Below, in pieces: positions 1 to 9,747 of a stretch of DNA of 45,334 bases; position 1 is the stretch's first letter, and each line of letters opens with the position of its first letter. The stretch lies in assembly GCA_964005815.1 (NCBI GenBank), contig CAXFSR010000025.1, positions 1 to 45,334 on the forward strand, written 5' to 3'. The position numbers and the translations under genes were made by a program. The notes beneath the pieces are model-generated. The model was not told the origin of the DNA, did no database searches, and saw only the letters and a list, made by a program, of their open reading frames with translations. Origin of the DNA: an uncultured Nitrospinaceae bacterium. GTDB taxonomy: Bacteria; UBA8248.

Positions 1-585
1 ACAGGACAACCATCTATCCCAATTACCATCTCTGCTGTTGGACCTCAAATGCTTAAACTCGCTGGAGAAGTGGCAGATGGAGTAAAACTTCATCCTTTTT
101 GTTCAGTAAAATATCTCGAAAAAATAGTGTTACCTTTATTGAATGAAGGAATTAAAACGAATTCGAAGAGTAGGGATTGTTTTGAGATTATGGGAGGAGG
201 TTTTGTTGCAACAGGAAAAAATGAAGAAGAAGTTTCTCTGGCTTGTAATGAAGTAAGACAGCGTATAGGTTTCTATGGCTCTACACCTAATTATTGGCCT
301 GTTTTAGAAGAGCACGATCTTTTAGATTTAGGTCATGAACTAAATATTATGGCTAGAGAAAAAAAATGGGATGAGATGACCAAAAAGATAGATGATGACG
401 TTGTTCGTTTATTCGCTGCCGTCGGTACCCATGAAAATATTGTTAAGGAAATAAAAAATCATTTTGGAAATTTAGTCGATTCAATATATGTAGGAATGCT
501 TCCGACAGGAGATCGAAATATTGATTCTGATCTTCTTCAAGAAATCCAAAAAATCGAAACAAAATTTAAAGGTTTTAAAAAATAA
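1..585 (+). CDS. LLM-class (luciferase-like) oxidoreductase, probably F420-dependent (MSMEG_2256/TIGR03617-like); 5'-truncated by the window edge
   Basis: Frame is open from base 1 (TGQPSIPITISAVGPQMLKLAGEVADGVKLHPF). Motifs AVGPxMxxLAGEVADG and RQRIGFYGSTPNY are typical of this LLM subfamily. Confidence 0.85.
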   Translation, partial: TGQPSIPITISAVGPQMLKLAGEVADGVKLHPFCSVKYLEKIVLPLLNEGIKTNSKSRDCFEIMGGGFVATGKNEEEVSLACNEVRQRIGFYGSTPNYWPVLEEHDLLDLGHELNIMAREKKWDEMTKKIDDDVVRLFAAVGTHENIVKEIKNHFGNLVDSIYVGMLPTGDRNIDSDLLQEIQKIETKFKGFKK

Positions 586-591
586 TGAAAA

Positions 592-1986
592 TTATTCTTT
601 AGGGCCGATCATTTTTTTAGGGTCAACCACATTTTTAAATTCTTCTTCAGTCATTAATTCTAGACTCAGTACAGCTTCACACAAAGTAATATCCTCTTGG
701 AATGCTTTCTTGGCTACTTTTGCAGCATTATCATAACCAATGACGGGATTAAGAGCTGTAACTAACATTAAAGAATTTTTTAGGTATGCTTCAATATTTT
801 TTTCATTTGGAATAATTCCTCTTGCGCAATGTTCTTCAAAAGAGATACTGGCATCTGACAAAAGACGTATTGAATTTAATAAATTGAAAATCATAACTGG
901 TTTAAAGACGTTTAATTCTAGATGACCATTGGAGCCACCAACATTGACGGCAACATCATTTCCTAAAACTTGTGAGCAAACCATAGTCATAGCTTCACAT
1001 TGAGTAGGATTTACTTTGCCAGGCATGATGGAACTTCCAGGTTCATTTTCTGGAATTAGAATCTCTCCAATACCACTCCTAGGGCCAGATGATAGGAGTC
1101 TGACATCATTAGCAATCTTCATTAAAGAAGTTGCTATGGTTTTAAGCGCGCCACTTGCAAAAACGATTGCATCGTTTGTTGCCAAAGATTCGAATTTATT
1201 CGGAGCAGTTTCAAAGGGAAGATTCGTAATTTCAGCAATTTTCAAAGCAGAATTCTTTGCGAATTCTGGATGTGAATTTATTCCAGTTCCCACAGCAGTA
1301 CCACCTAGTGCAAGATAATATAATCCTCCTTCTAAAGTGGTTTTAATTCTATTGATTCCATTATTTATTTGAGTAACATAGCCAGAAAACTCTTGTCCAA
1401 GAGTTAATGGAACTGCATCCATCATATGTGTACGTCCTATTTTGATAATTTCTGAAAAAGATTCTGATTTTTTTTCAAGAGTATTTTTCAATTTTTCTAG
1501 ACTCGGAATAAGAACATGATTTATTTGTTCTGCGGCTGCAATATGCATTGCGGTTGGAAAAGTGTCATTTGATGATTGTGCTTTATTTACATCATCATTG
1601 GGATGAATCGGATCTTTAGATCCTAATACTCCTCCAGCAAGTTCAATAGCTCTATTAGAGATTACTTCATTAGCATTCATATTTGTTTGCGTACCACTAC
1701 CAGTTTGCCAAACAGAAAGAGGAAAATGAAAATCTAATTTTCCTTCAATTACTTCATCTGCAGCTTTAATAATCAGGTCCGATTTTTCTTTAGAGAGAGT
1801 TCCAAGTTCCTGATTAGTGATTGCAGCAGCTTTTTTTAAAATACCGAGCGCTCTAATAATTTCTCTTGGGAATTTATCAAGACCTATTTTGAAGTGTATT
1901 AAAGAACGAGCAGTCTGTGCTCCATAGTATTTGTCATTAGGTACGTTGATTTCTCCCATGCTGTCAGTTTCAACACGGTACTCCAT
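592..1986 (-). CDS. fumC: Class II fumarate hydratase
   Basis: RVETDSMG N-terminus, [23 protein letters not shown] and the signature [14 protein letters not shown] at 1986 has AGGGGG upstream. Confidence 0.97.
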   Translation of the reverse strand: MEYRVETDSMGEINVPNDKYYGAQTARSLIHFKIGLDKFPREIIRALGILKKAAAITNQELGTLSKEKSDLIIKAADEVIEGKLDFHFPLSVWQTGSGTQTNMNANEVISNRAIELAGGVLGSKDPIHPNDDVNKAQSSNDTFPTAMHIAAAEQINHVLIPSLEKLKNTLEKKSESFSEIIKIGRTHMMDAVPLTLGQEFSGYVTQINNGINRIKTTLEGGLYYLALGGTAVGTGINSHPEFAKNSALKIAEITNLPFETAPNKFESLATNDAIVFASGALKTIATSLMKIANDVRLLSSGPRSGIGEILIPENEPGSSIMPGKVNPTQCEAMTMVCSQVLGNDVAVNVGGSNGHLELNVFKPVMIFNLLNSIRLLSDASISFEEHCARGIIPNEKNIEAYLKNSLMLVTALNPVIGYDNAAKVAKKAFQEDITLCEAVLSLELMTEEEFKNVVDPKKMIGPKE

Positions 1987-2039
1987 TTGATACCCCCTAA
2001 TCATTTAAATTAAATATTTCGTTTAAAGTTACAAGGTTT

Positions 2040-3071
2040 CTAAGACCACTCTAAAACTATACGACCAACCGGATCTCCAGCGCGAAGAATTTGGAACGCA
2101 TCATTTGCCTCTTCTATAGGAATAGTGTCGGTTATAATCGCTTTTACTCTACCGTCATTCACTAGGCTTGCAGCATCAGCAACATCCTTAACTGTATGGT
2201 TGTGTGATGCAATGATTTGTATCCACTTATACACTAACTGTGCAGGATCAATTGGAACTTTTTGTCCCATATGATATCCAAGGATAAGGAGTCTTCCTCC
2301 CCTTTTAAGTAAATCTATACACTGTTGAATAACGATTGGAACTGCAGATCCTCCAACTATTTCTAACGCCAAATCTGCACCTAATCCGTTTGTGATCTCC
2401 AAAATCGCTTCGACAGGATTTGTTTTACTTGCATTAATGATTTCGGTTGCTCCAAGTTCTTTAGCTGTAGTTAACTTTTCCTCACTAATATCGACTGCAA
2501 TAACATTTGCACCTAGATATCTTAAAATTTGAAGTGCATGAATGCCAAGTCCTCCAACACCAAATACCACGGCGTGTTCTCCAAGCTGAACATTTGCCAT
2601 TCTAATCGCGTGAAGTGGTGAGCCGAGAGTGCCTCCTATTAAACAAGCAGCGGATGAGCTAACATTATCCCCTATTTTAACCAGATTCCTTTCAGAAACT
2701 GCAACAAGTTCTCCGAATCCTCCGTGAAGTTCAATTCCCAGCCTGCCAGGTGAGTTTAAACACATTTCTTCACTTCCTAGTCTACACATTTGACAATAGC
2801 CACAAGTCTGTTTACTTACAACTACTACTCTGTCACCTGAATTAAATCCAGTGACATTACTACCAACTTCTAATATTTCTCCTGCATTTTCATGACCTAA
2901 CATTAATGGTGTAGGAGCGGTTTGTATTAACCCATCAACTATCTTTAAATCTGTAGCGCAGAGTCCATTACTTTTAGATTTAACTAGAACTTGATTTGGA
3001 CCTATTTCGGGTTCATTCGTTTCTTCTAAGACTAAAGGTTTTTGAAATTCTTTTAGAATCATTCCTCTCAT
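2040..3071 (-). CDS. Zinc-dependent alcohol dehydrogenase (MDR family)
   Basis: GLCATD, LGHE, structural-Zn CGYCQMC...C and GVGGLG. Start set at ATG 3071 behind GAGG. Confidence 0.9.
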   Translation of the reverse strand: MRGMILKEFQKPLVLEETNEPEIGPNQVLVKSKSNGLCATDLKIVDGLIQTAPTPLMLGHENAGEILEVGSNVTGFNSGDRVVVVSKQTCGYCQMCRLGSEEMCLNSPGRLGIELHGGFGELVAVSERNLVKIGDNVSSSAACLIGGTLGSPLHAIRMANVQLGEHAVVFGVGGLGIHALQILRYLGANVIAVDISEEKLTTAKELGATEIINASKTNPVEAILEITNGLGADLALEIVGGSAVPIVIQQCIDLLKRGGRLLILGYHMGQKVPIDPAQLVYKWIQIIASHNHTVKDVADAASLVNDGRVKAIITDTIPIEEANDAFQILRAGDPVGRIVLEWS

Positions 3072-3230
3072 TTCGCTACCTCTCATCGATTAACGTTAAT
3101 TAGTTTAAGAAAGAAATTCCAATACTAGCAGTTCTTTAAGATGTAAAAAAGTAAAAATATTATTATAAATTTACTCCTTTTTTTTGTTATTATCGTATAA
3201 ATAATTATTTAGTTTTTAGGAGGGAAGTAA

Positions 3231-4043
3231 TTGCCTTTTGCAAAATGCAATGAAACTGAACTTGAGATTTATTATGAAGAAGAGGGTGAGGGTGAGACTT
3301 TAGTAATGGTCGGAGGGTTCACAGCTACCATTGAGGTATGGGGACGTTTGAGACCTCTTTTATCAAAAAAATATCGTTTGATAATGGCTGATAATAGGGG
3401 AAGTGGAAGAACAAAAATTTTAAACGAAGATGGTATTAGAACTCCTGCAAAACTTGCTCTAGATGTTTTGAGTCTTGTTGACAGCTTGAAAATTGAACAG
3501 TTCCATATTTTTGGAGGTTCGATGGGGGGAATGATTTGTCAGGAATTTGCAGTTAGAAATCAAGAAAGGTTAAAAAGTTTGATAATTGCATGTTCACAGT
3601 TTGGAGGAAAAGATGCGATCAAGCCTAATCCAGGAATAAGAGAAACAAGAGCTAAAGGTGGTATTCCAACTGCTACTCCTGAAGAAAGGAGAGCTGCACT
3701 AGAGACATTATTTCATCCAAATACAATTGATAATAGACCTGAAGTAGTAAAATTTTACGATGAGAATAAGAGGAAATTTCCCCATAGCAGAGAAGAATTA
3801 GATAGGAGAACAAAGGGGATGAACGATTGTGATGTTTCAGAGGAGATTCGTAATTTAAAGATCCCAACTTTAGTAATTTGTGGTTCTAATGATGTTTTAG
3901 TCCCTACAGAGAATTCAAAATTGATTGCAGAAAGAATACCTGGTTCTGAATTATCGATAATTGAGCAATCGGGTCATCACTTTTACTCAGAACAACCCGA
4001 GTTATCTAGTGAGATAATGCTAAGATTTTTAGCTAAACATTAG
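3231..4043 (+). CDS. Alpha/beta-fold hydrolase (enol-lactone hydrolase-like)
   Basis: TTG start after AGGAGGG. DNRGSG, nucleophile GGSMGG, acid D in GSNDVLVP, His in SGHH. Confidence 0.88.
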   Translation: MPFAKCNETELEIYYEEEGEGETLVMVGGFTATIEVWGRLRPLLSKKYRLIMADNRGSGRTKILNEDGIRTPAKLALDVLSLVDSLKIEQFHIFGGSMGGMICQEFAVRNQERLKSLIIACSQFGGKDAIKPNPGIRETRAKGGIPTATPEERRAALETLFHPNTIDNRPEVVKFYDENKRKFPHSREELDRRTKGMNDCDVSEEIRNLKIPTLVICGSNDVLVPTENSKLIAERIPGSELSIIEQSGHHFYSEQPELSSEIMLRFLAKH

Positions 4044-4050
4044 TGTCATT

Positions 4051-4794
4051 TTACATGCCCATTCCGCCATCAACCCTTAGTACAATTCCAGTTACATAAC
4101 TTGATTCATCAGAAGCTAGAAATAAGAATCCTGCAGCTATCTCTTCTGCTTCTCCCCATCTGCCAAGAGAAATTCTGTCGAGATATGTTTTTTCAAAACG
4201 TTCATCAGTTCGAATTGTTTCTGTCATTGGTGTGATCGCAGCAGGTGAAATGCAATTAACGGTAATACCGTATCTCCCAAGTTCTCTTGCAGCACTTTTT
4301 GTTGCACCCACTATGCCCATTTTTGCGGAAGAATAATTTATTTGACCAATTGTTCCTCTGAGTCCAGCACCAGAAGTCACATTTATAATACGTCCTGCTT
4401 TTTGAGGAATCATTCTTTTTGATGCTGCATGAATTCCGTTCCAAGTGCCTTTAAGATGAACATTTATTACGTTATCCCAATCTGCTTCTTTCATTTTATG
4501 TACCATTGCTGCACGTACAATTCCGGCATTGTTAACAATAATATTTAGATCTCCAAATTTATTTTCACATTCGTCGATTGCAGATTCCACATCACTAAGA
4601 TCTCCAATGTTTGCTTTGAAAAAAGAACAGGACCCTCCTTTTTCACGTATTATTTCCGATGTTTTAATACCTTCTTCTTCATTCAAATCTACGGCAATTA
4701 CATTTGCTCCTTCTATTGCAAATCTCTCGCAAACTGCTCTGCCTATACCTTGAGCAGCCCCAGTAACCACGGCATTTTTACCATCTAATCTCAT
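4051..4794 (-). CDS. Short-chain dehydrogenase, 3-oxoacyl-(ACP/CoA) reductase-like
   Basis: TGAAQGIG, NNAGI, YSSAK catalytic motif, LRVDGG. Confidence 0.9.
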   Translation of the reverse strand: MRLDGKNAVVTGAAQGIGRAVCERFAIEGANVIAVDLNEEEGIKTSEIIREKGGSCSFFKANIGDLSDVESAIDECENKFGDLNIIVNNAGIVRAAMVHKMKEADWDNVINVHLKGTWNGIHAASKRMIPQKAGRIINVTSGAGLRGTIGQINYSSAKMGIVGATKSAARELGRYGITVNCISPAAITPMTETIRTDERFEKTYLDRISLGRWGEAEEIAAGFLFLASDESSYVTGIVLRVDGGMGM

Positions 4795-4811
4795 AAATTT
4801 CCTTTCTATAA

Positions 4812-5213
4812 TTATTTTGTCCAGACTTCAACTAATCCAGCAGTTACGATGTTGCCTTCACTATTTTTAGCCTCTATCGAGCATAATGCGAATTCTCTAC
4901 CTTCTTCTGTATCTAAATTATTAATTTTTCCAGAACAAGTAATTTCTTCTCCTATGAAGACCATTGATTTGAAATTAACTTGCAACTTTTTTATTTTTCC
5001 CACGCCAAAAACTGATTCAACATATTCTGAAAGAAATCCCATTGACAACATTCCATGTGCGATAAGTTTTTTTAAGCCTCTTGTTTTTGCATATTCTTCA
5101 TCGAAATGTAATGGATTAAAATCCCCACTTGCTCCAGCATATTTTACAAGTTGAACTTTAGTTATAGGTTTTTTTGTAAAGTCTGGCATTTTTCCATTTT
5201 CTTTAAAACTCAT
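4812..5213 (-). CDS. MaoC/HadB-like (R)-specific hydratase, catalytic hot-dog subunit
   Basis: Hydratase-2 motif YAGASGDFNPLHFD and IAHGMLSMG. Confidence 0.88.
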   Translation of the reverse strand: MSFKENGKMPDFTKKPITKVQLVKYAGASGDFNPLHFDEEYAKTRGLKKLIAHGMLSMGFLSEYVESVFGVGKIKKLQVNFKSMVFIGEEITCSGKINNLDTEEGREFALCSIEAKNSEGNIVTAGLVEVWTK

Positions 5214-5644
5214 TTATTAAATCTCCGGAGTGTGATCCATTTTGCACTGCCTATTTTCTCATCGGTTTTTGAATCCATAAAAAAATAGTCTCTTTCCATA
5301 AAAACTAATTCTCCAGATTTTCCATCTTTTTGATAAATATTACTTATAGTCATAGTTACGTCGATCTCATCTCCTGCAACAATTGGTCTTTTGTATTCGT
5401 ATGTTTGTGATGCGTGTAATCCTACGTCTCCATAATCTTCGGGAAAATCAGGAAATGGTTCTTTAGGACGAAATGTTGTAGGAAAAGTAGGAGGAGCAAT
5501 TGCACTAGGTCCTTGATGTTCTGTATTTTCATCTCCTATTGCATCCGCAAATTTTTCTATAGCACCACTTTCAATGAAAACTTTGAAAGGTCCATATTTC
5601 TTGCCAATTAGAGACGAAATTTCAGAAGTAATTCTGTTTGTCAT
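5210..5644 (-). CDS. MaoC N-terminal/HadA-like hot-dog protein (non-catalytic partner)
   Basis: IEKFADAIGD, APPTF, LHASQTYEYKRPIVAGD. 4-bp ATGA-type overlap with the downstream MaoC gene. Confidence 0.82.
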   Translation of the reverse strand: MTNRITSEISSLIGKKYGPFKVFIESGAIEKFADAIGDENTEHQGPSAIAPPTFPTTFRPKEPFPDFPEDYGDVGLHASQTYEYKRPIVAGDEIDVTMTISNIYQKDGKSGELVFMERDYFFMDSKTDEKIGSAKWITLRRFNK

Positions 5645-5651
5645 TATATCC

Positions 5652-7769
5652 TCATTTTTTTAAAAAAATTCTTATATCTACAGCAAATGCTCCTTTTGAC
5701 GTAACAATTATGGGATTGATATCGACCTCAGAAATCAAATCTGATAATTCTACAGCCATTAAGGATAGATTTGAAATTGAACTTGCCAATGATTTCAGAT
5801 CAAGTTTTTTCTTTCCGCGAAAGCCAGAAAAAATGTCTGAACCTTTTAACTCCTGAATCAATTTAATTACTGTTTCAGGACTGACGGGTGGAAGTACTCT
5901 TTTAATCTCTTTTATTGTTTCTACAAAAATACCACCTAATCCAATGGACATGCATAACCCAAAACTATTATCCAAAGAGATACCGGCGAGGACCTCTACT
6001 CCATTATCTTGAATCATCGATTGAATTATAATTTGTTTTTTATCTGAAATTTTCAAGAATTCTTTTGCTTTTTTTCTTATATTTGTTTCGTTATCTAAAT
6101 TGATTGCAACACCATTGATTTCTGTTTTATGTGTAAAAAGATCTGAATGAATCTTAAGTACAACAGGGTTTTTGTTTTTTCTCCAAAATTCTATAGCGGC
6201 TTTTGTAGAATTTATAATTTTCGTTTCTGTTTTTTTGATTTTGTACAGGTCTAATAAATCTATAGAAGTTTCTAAAGGAAGAAGCCTATTTTTGCCGATA
6301 AAACTCGAATCTACCAATCTGCGAGCTTTCTCTTTTCTTTTTATATTTATTTTTTTCTCTAATGCAGAAAGTGTTTTGTTTGATTCTCGTTTCCCTTCCA
6401 CATCAATCAAGGAAGAGAGTCCTTTAATTGCCCTTAAATGGTCTTTGAAAACAGGGACTCCGTCTTCTCTTAATTTTAAAATTTCTTTTTCTGGTCCTGC
6501 CAACCAGGCTAAAGAGACAGGTTTTTTTGAATTTTTAAAAATATTTTTAAAATCTTCAGCAATTTTGTCTCCAACATGATGATATACACCCATAACCAAA
6601 CACAGAGCGTCTATATTTTCATCGCTAAGAATAATTTTTGCCACCTCTTCCAGTGGGCTTTGACCTGGTCTACTTACCATTAAAGACACTAAATCAACCG
6701 GATTCCTTACTGGAGCGTATTCGGAAAGATGTCTTCGAACTTTCTTTTGGGTTTTTTCTGTAATTGAAGGGACTGTAAATCCGTTTTCTACAGCAAGATC
6801 TGCACATAGAGAACCAAACCCTCCCGAAAAACTTAAAATTCCCAGTCGATTCCCTTTGATTTTTTTTCTGTCATTCAGAAATTCGACTGTCTCAATAATT
6901 TCATCATAAGAATGACAAACTTGAATTCCAAATTGTTCTGCAAAAGCTTCAAAAACATTTTTTTCAGTTGTGAGGGCAGCTGTATGACTTGCTGCTGCAC
7001 GAGCACCCTCTTCAGTTGCCCCTCCCTTGAAAAGAACGATAGGTTTTCCTTTTTCGAGAGCTTTTTGCGCAGTTCTTTTTAATTTTTCTCCATTTCTTAT
7101 CGATTCTAGATATCCGCAAATCACCTTAGTATTTTTATCGTCAAGGAAATAATCAACACAGTCAGAGAAATCTACATCCGATTCATTGCCTAGGCTTACT
7201 AGAGAACTAATCCCAATTGAACTTTCTTGAAAAGAACTAAGCATACAAGCACCTATTGCTCCACTCTGAGTTATCAGTGCAACTGAACCAGGAAGTAATT
7301 TCTTGTCTTCTCTAATTGAAATAGTAAAAGTGGCCATAAGCTTGGATCTAATATGAACTATTCCCATACAATTTGGTCCTAGGATACGCATTCCTGATTT
7401 TGAAGCGATTTCTAACATTTCTTTTTGAATTTTTGCTCCTTTTTTCCCAGTTTCTTTAAAGCCGGAAGTCATTACTACGGAAACACCCACTCCTCTTTCT
7501 GCACATTCTTTTAAAGAAGGGATGATATTTTCTCTACGTGTACAGAAAAGAGCAAAATCTGGAGTTTCAGGTAAGGAAGAAATATTTGGATAACACTTAA
7601 GTCCGTAAATTTCTTTATGATTTGGATTGATCGGATAAAGGTTACCTTCAAATCCATAATCTTTCGTTAATCGAATTGGTATTCCTCCAAATCGATATAA
7701 ATCCGAAGATGCACCAACTACTGCAATTGATTTTGGGGAAAAAAGCTTTTTTAGGGTATCATTTTTCAT
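5652..7769 (-). CDS. ADP-forming acyl-CoA synthetase (acetate-CoA ligase family, fused alpha/beta)
   Basis: LFSPKSIAVVGAS, GPNCMG, QSGA, GNESD, phospho-His in AASHTAAL. C-terminal ATP-grasp (VLKI..HKTE..GV, EVDINP). No GNAT domain. Confidence 0.9.
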   Translation of the reverse strand: MKNDTLKKLFSPKSIAVVGASSDLYRFGGIPIRLTKDYGFEGNLYPINPNHKEIYGLKCYPNISSLPETPDFALFCTRRENIIPSLKECAERGVGVSVVMTSGFKETGKKGAKIQKEMLEIASKSGMRILGPNCMGIVHIRSKLMATFTISIREDKKLLPGSVALITQSGAIGACMLSSFQESSIGISSLVSLGNESDVDFSDCVDYFLDDKNTKVICGYLESIRNGEKLKRTAQKALEKGKPIVLFKGGATEEGARAAASHTAALTTEKNVFEAFAEQFGIQVCHSYDEIIETVEFLNDRKKIKGNRLGILSFSGGFGSLCADLAVENGFTVPSITEKTQKKVRRHLSEYAPVRNPVDLVSLMVSRPGQSPLEEVAKIILSDENIDALCLVMGVYHHVGDKIAEDFKNIFKNSKKPVSLAWLAGPEKEILKLREDGVPVFKDHLRAIKGLSSLIDVEGKRESNKTLSALEKKINIKRKEKARRLVDSSFIGKNRLLPLETSIDLLDLYKIKKTETKIINSTKAAIEFWRKNKNPVVLKIHSDLFTHKTEINGVAINLDNETNIRKKAKEFLKISDKKQIIIQSMIQDNGVEVLAGISLDNSFGLCMSIGLGGIFVETIKEIKRVLPPVSPETVIKLIQELKGSDIFSGFRGKKKLDLKSLASSISNLSLMAVELSDLISEVDINPIIVTSKGAFAVDIRIFLKK

Positions 7770-7773
7770 GTTT

Positions 7774-8193
7774 TCACTTAGTCTTTATTGCAGAAGCAAC
7801 TCCTTTTGTGACGATTTCTCCATTTTGATTTTTAATAGAAACATCAAAAATAAACTTTTCTGGTTCTGCCCTGGAGTTGATTTCAAATTCAATACTGATA
7901 GTGTCTCCTGGAAAAATAGGTTTTATAAATTTTACATCTAGATTCCCATTTTCAATAAATCCTTTGCCAAAAAATTTTGACATCTCTTCTGCGATAAAAC
8001 AAACAGGATGTCTTCCAGTTGCTACTGCTTTTGGAAGGCCTGCTTTTTGAGCAACTTCATCGTCTGTGTGAATATTTAGAGTATCTTTTCCGCCTGTAAC
8101 CAATCGGTTGAACTTTTTAATTTCCATACGGCCAATTTTATAGCTAGTTAGGTCTAAAGATTCATTGCAATTTATATTTTGATTCTTATTCAT
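7774..8193 (-). CDS. MaoC-family dehydratase (hot-dog fold)
   Basis: NIHTDDEVAQKAGLPKAVATG and VKFIKPIFPGDTI. Confidence 0.8.
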   Translation of the reverse strand: MNKNQNINCNESLDLTSYKIGRMEIKKFNRLVTGGKDTLNIHTDDEVAQKAGLPKAVATGRHPVCFIAEEMSKFFGKGFIENGNLDVKFIKPIFPGDTISIEFEINSRAEPEKFIFDVSIKNQNGEIVTKGVASAIKTK

Positions 8194-8205
8194 AAATATC
8201 CTTAT

Positions 8206-8646
8206 TTAACTAGATTGATGTTCTCTTGTGAGACTGAGGACTGAAGTGTGAAGAGATCTTACGACTTTTTTTCCTTCTTCGTTGCTTACCAAAAGTTCGC
8301 TAACAATCCAACCTTTTTGTCTTTTAATATAGAGTTCGCTCACCGTAACTTTTTGATGATATGTTTTATTCAAAAAAATAGGTGCATAAAAATCATATGA
8401 TAGAGCTGCATGAATAGTTCCAAAACGTTTGAAATTTTCATCATAAATAGCTAACAAATCATTCACAAAAATCATAGATGGAGCAATAGGATTTTCATAA
8501 GGAGAGTCTTTGCTATAAATTGTTTCTTGTAATCCTAAAGCATCACAGTAATTTGAAAGAGAATCTTGTGTGAGTATTATATTTCGTTCTCCAATAATCA
8601 TTCCCACTTTCAGATTTTCCCAAGAGAAATCGGGTTTTTCCATCAA
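8206..8646 (-). CDS. Hot-dog fold protein, HadA-like partner
   Basis: LKVG...YCDALG...PIAPSM...IHAALSYDFYAPI pattern resembles MaoC N-terminal subunits. Confidence 0.65.
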   Translation of the reverse strand: MMEKPDFSWENLKVGMIIGERNIILTQDSLSNYCDALGLQETIYSKDSPYENPIAPSMIFVNDLLAIYDENFKRFGTIHAALSYDFYAPIFLNKTYHQKVTVSELYIKRQKGWIVSELLVSNEEGKKVVRSLHTSVLSLTREHQSS

Positions 8647-8661
8647 TGCACCTTTTATTTT

Positions 8662-9645
8662 TTAAGGAATTAATATTAACTTTCCAGTAAACTTCCCACT
8701 TTCAAGTAGTTCGTGACATTCATTCGCGTTTTCCAGAGGAATTTCTTTAAAAACTGGAATAGTAAAATTTGTATCGGGAAGCAGGATATCCAATTTTTCA
8801 TTAATTTCAGGAATTTGAGGTCCTAGGTTTTTGGCAGTTATCCCAAGTACATCGGCATTTTTTCCCATTAGTGTAGAAACTCTAAAATTTGTTTCTGGAC
8901 CCTTACCTGTGCCCATTCCAACAAGCACAATTCTTCCTCGAATTGAAATTGCATCGAGATCTTTGTCGAAGTTATCACAGGCAGCGAGTTCAATAATGAC
9001 ATCTACTCCATGTCCATTTGTTATTTCTTTACAGATGGTTAGAAAATCATTTTCCCTATAATTTATTATATGGTCTGCACCATTTTTTATGCAATATTCT
9101 CCTTTTTCTTTAGAGCTTACTGTTGAAATAACTTTACAACCCATCGATTTTGCAAGTTGAATACATGCAGTTCCAACACCACCAGCCCCACCTTGTACAA
9201 GGATAATTTCTCCAGGGGTGACTTTTGCTCTCAACACTAACGCATGCCAAGCTGTCTGAAATGCAACCGGAAAAGCTGCAGCAGTTGAAAAGTTAAATTG
9301 TTTTGGTATTTTTGATGTTGTTTTTTCGTCCACAGCAACAAATTCTGCATACGTGTCTCGTTTTGATGTAGAACCAAAAACCATATCACCTTCCTTGAAT
9401 TTTTCTATTTCATTACCACATTGCACGACTTCACCTGCAAACTCAGTACCCAATAGATGTGGCAATGTTAATGAAGAAACATAATTTGGGAACCCTTTTC
9501 TTATCGAAAGTTCGATTGGATTTACGCCAATTGCGTTGACCTTTACAAGTATTTCATTAGGTTTAGGAATCGGTTTGGGAATTTCATCTAAAATTAAAGG
9601 ATTCTCTAGTGATACACTATATTCGTGAACACGCATAGATCTCAT
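8662..9645 (-). CDS. NADPH:quinone reductase (zeta-crystallin-like MDR, no Zn ligands)
   Basis: GVNPIE, LGTEFAGEV, GGAGGVG, GKLIL. Start moved to ATG 9645 behind GAGG. Confidence 0.88.
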   Translation of the reverse strand: MRSMRVHEYSVSLENPLILDEIPKPIPKPNEILVKVNAIGVNPIELSIRKGFPNYVSSLTLPHLLGTEFAGEVVQCGNEIEKFKEGDMVFGSTSKRDTYAEFVAVDEKTTSKIPKQFNFSTAAAFPVAFQTAWHALVLRAKVTPGEIILVQGGAGGVGTACIQLAKSMGCKVISTVSSKEKGEYCIKNGADHIINYRENDFLTICKEITNGHGVDVIIELAACDNFDKDLDAISIRGRIVLVGMGTGKGPETNFRVSTLMGKNADVLGITAKNLGPQIPEINEKLDILLPDTNFTIPVFKEIPLENANECHELLESGKFTGKLILIP

Positions 9646-9747
9646 AATAGGGACCTCTTCTTTCATACATGGTTTTTTATTGAGATAAAAAAATAATTTC
9701 AAGAATTCTACCATTATGTTTTGTTCAAACTGAAGGAACTAAAGAAA

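Noticed and set aside
5652..7769. Protein lysine acetyltransferase Pat/YfiQ
   Set aside because: No GNAT domain, and the catalytic phospho-His (SHT) is retained, consistent with a true ligase.
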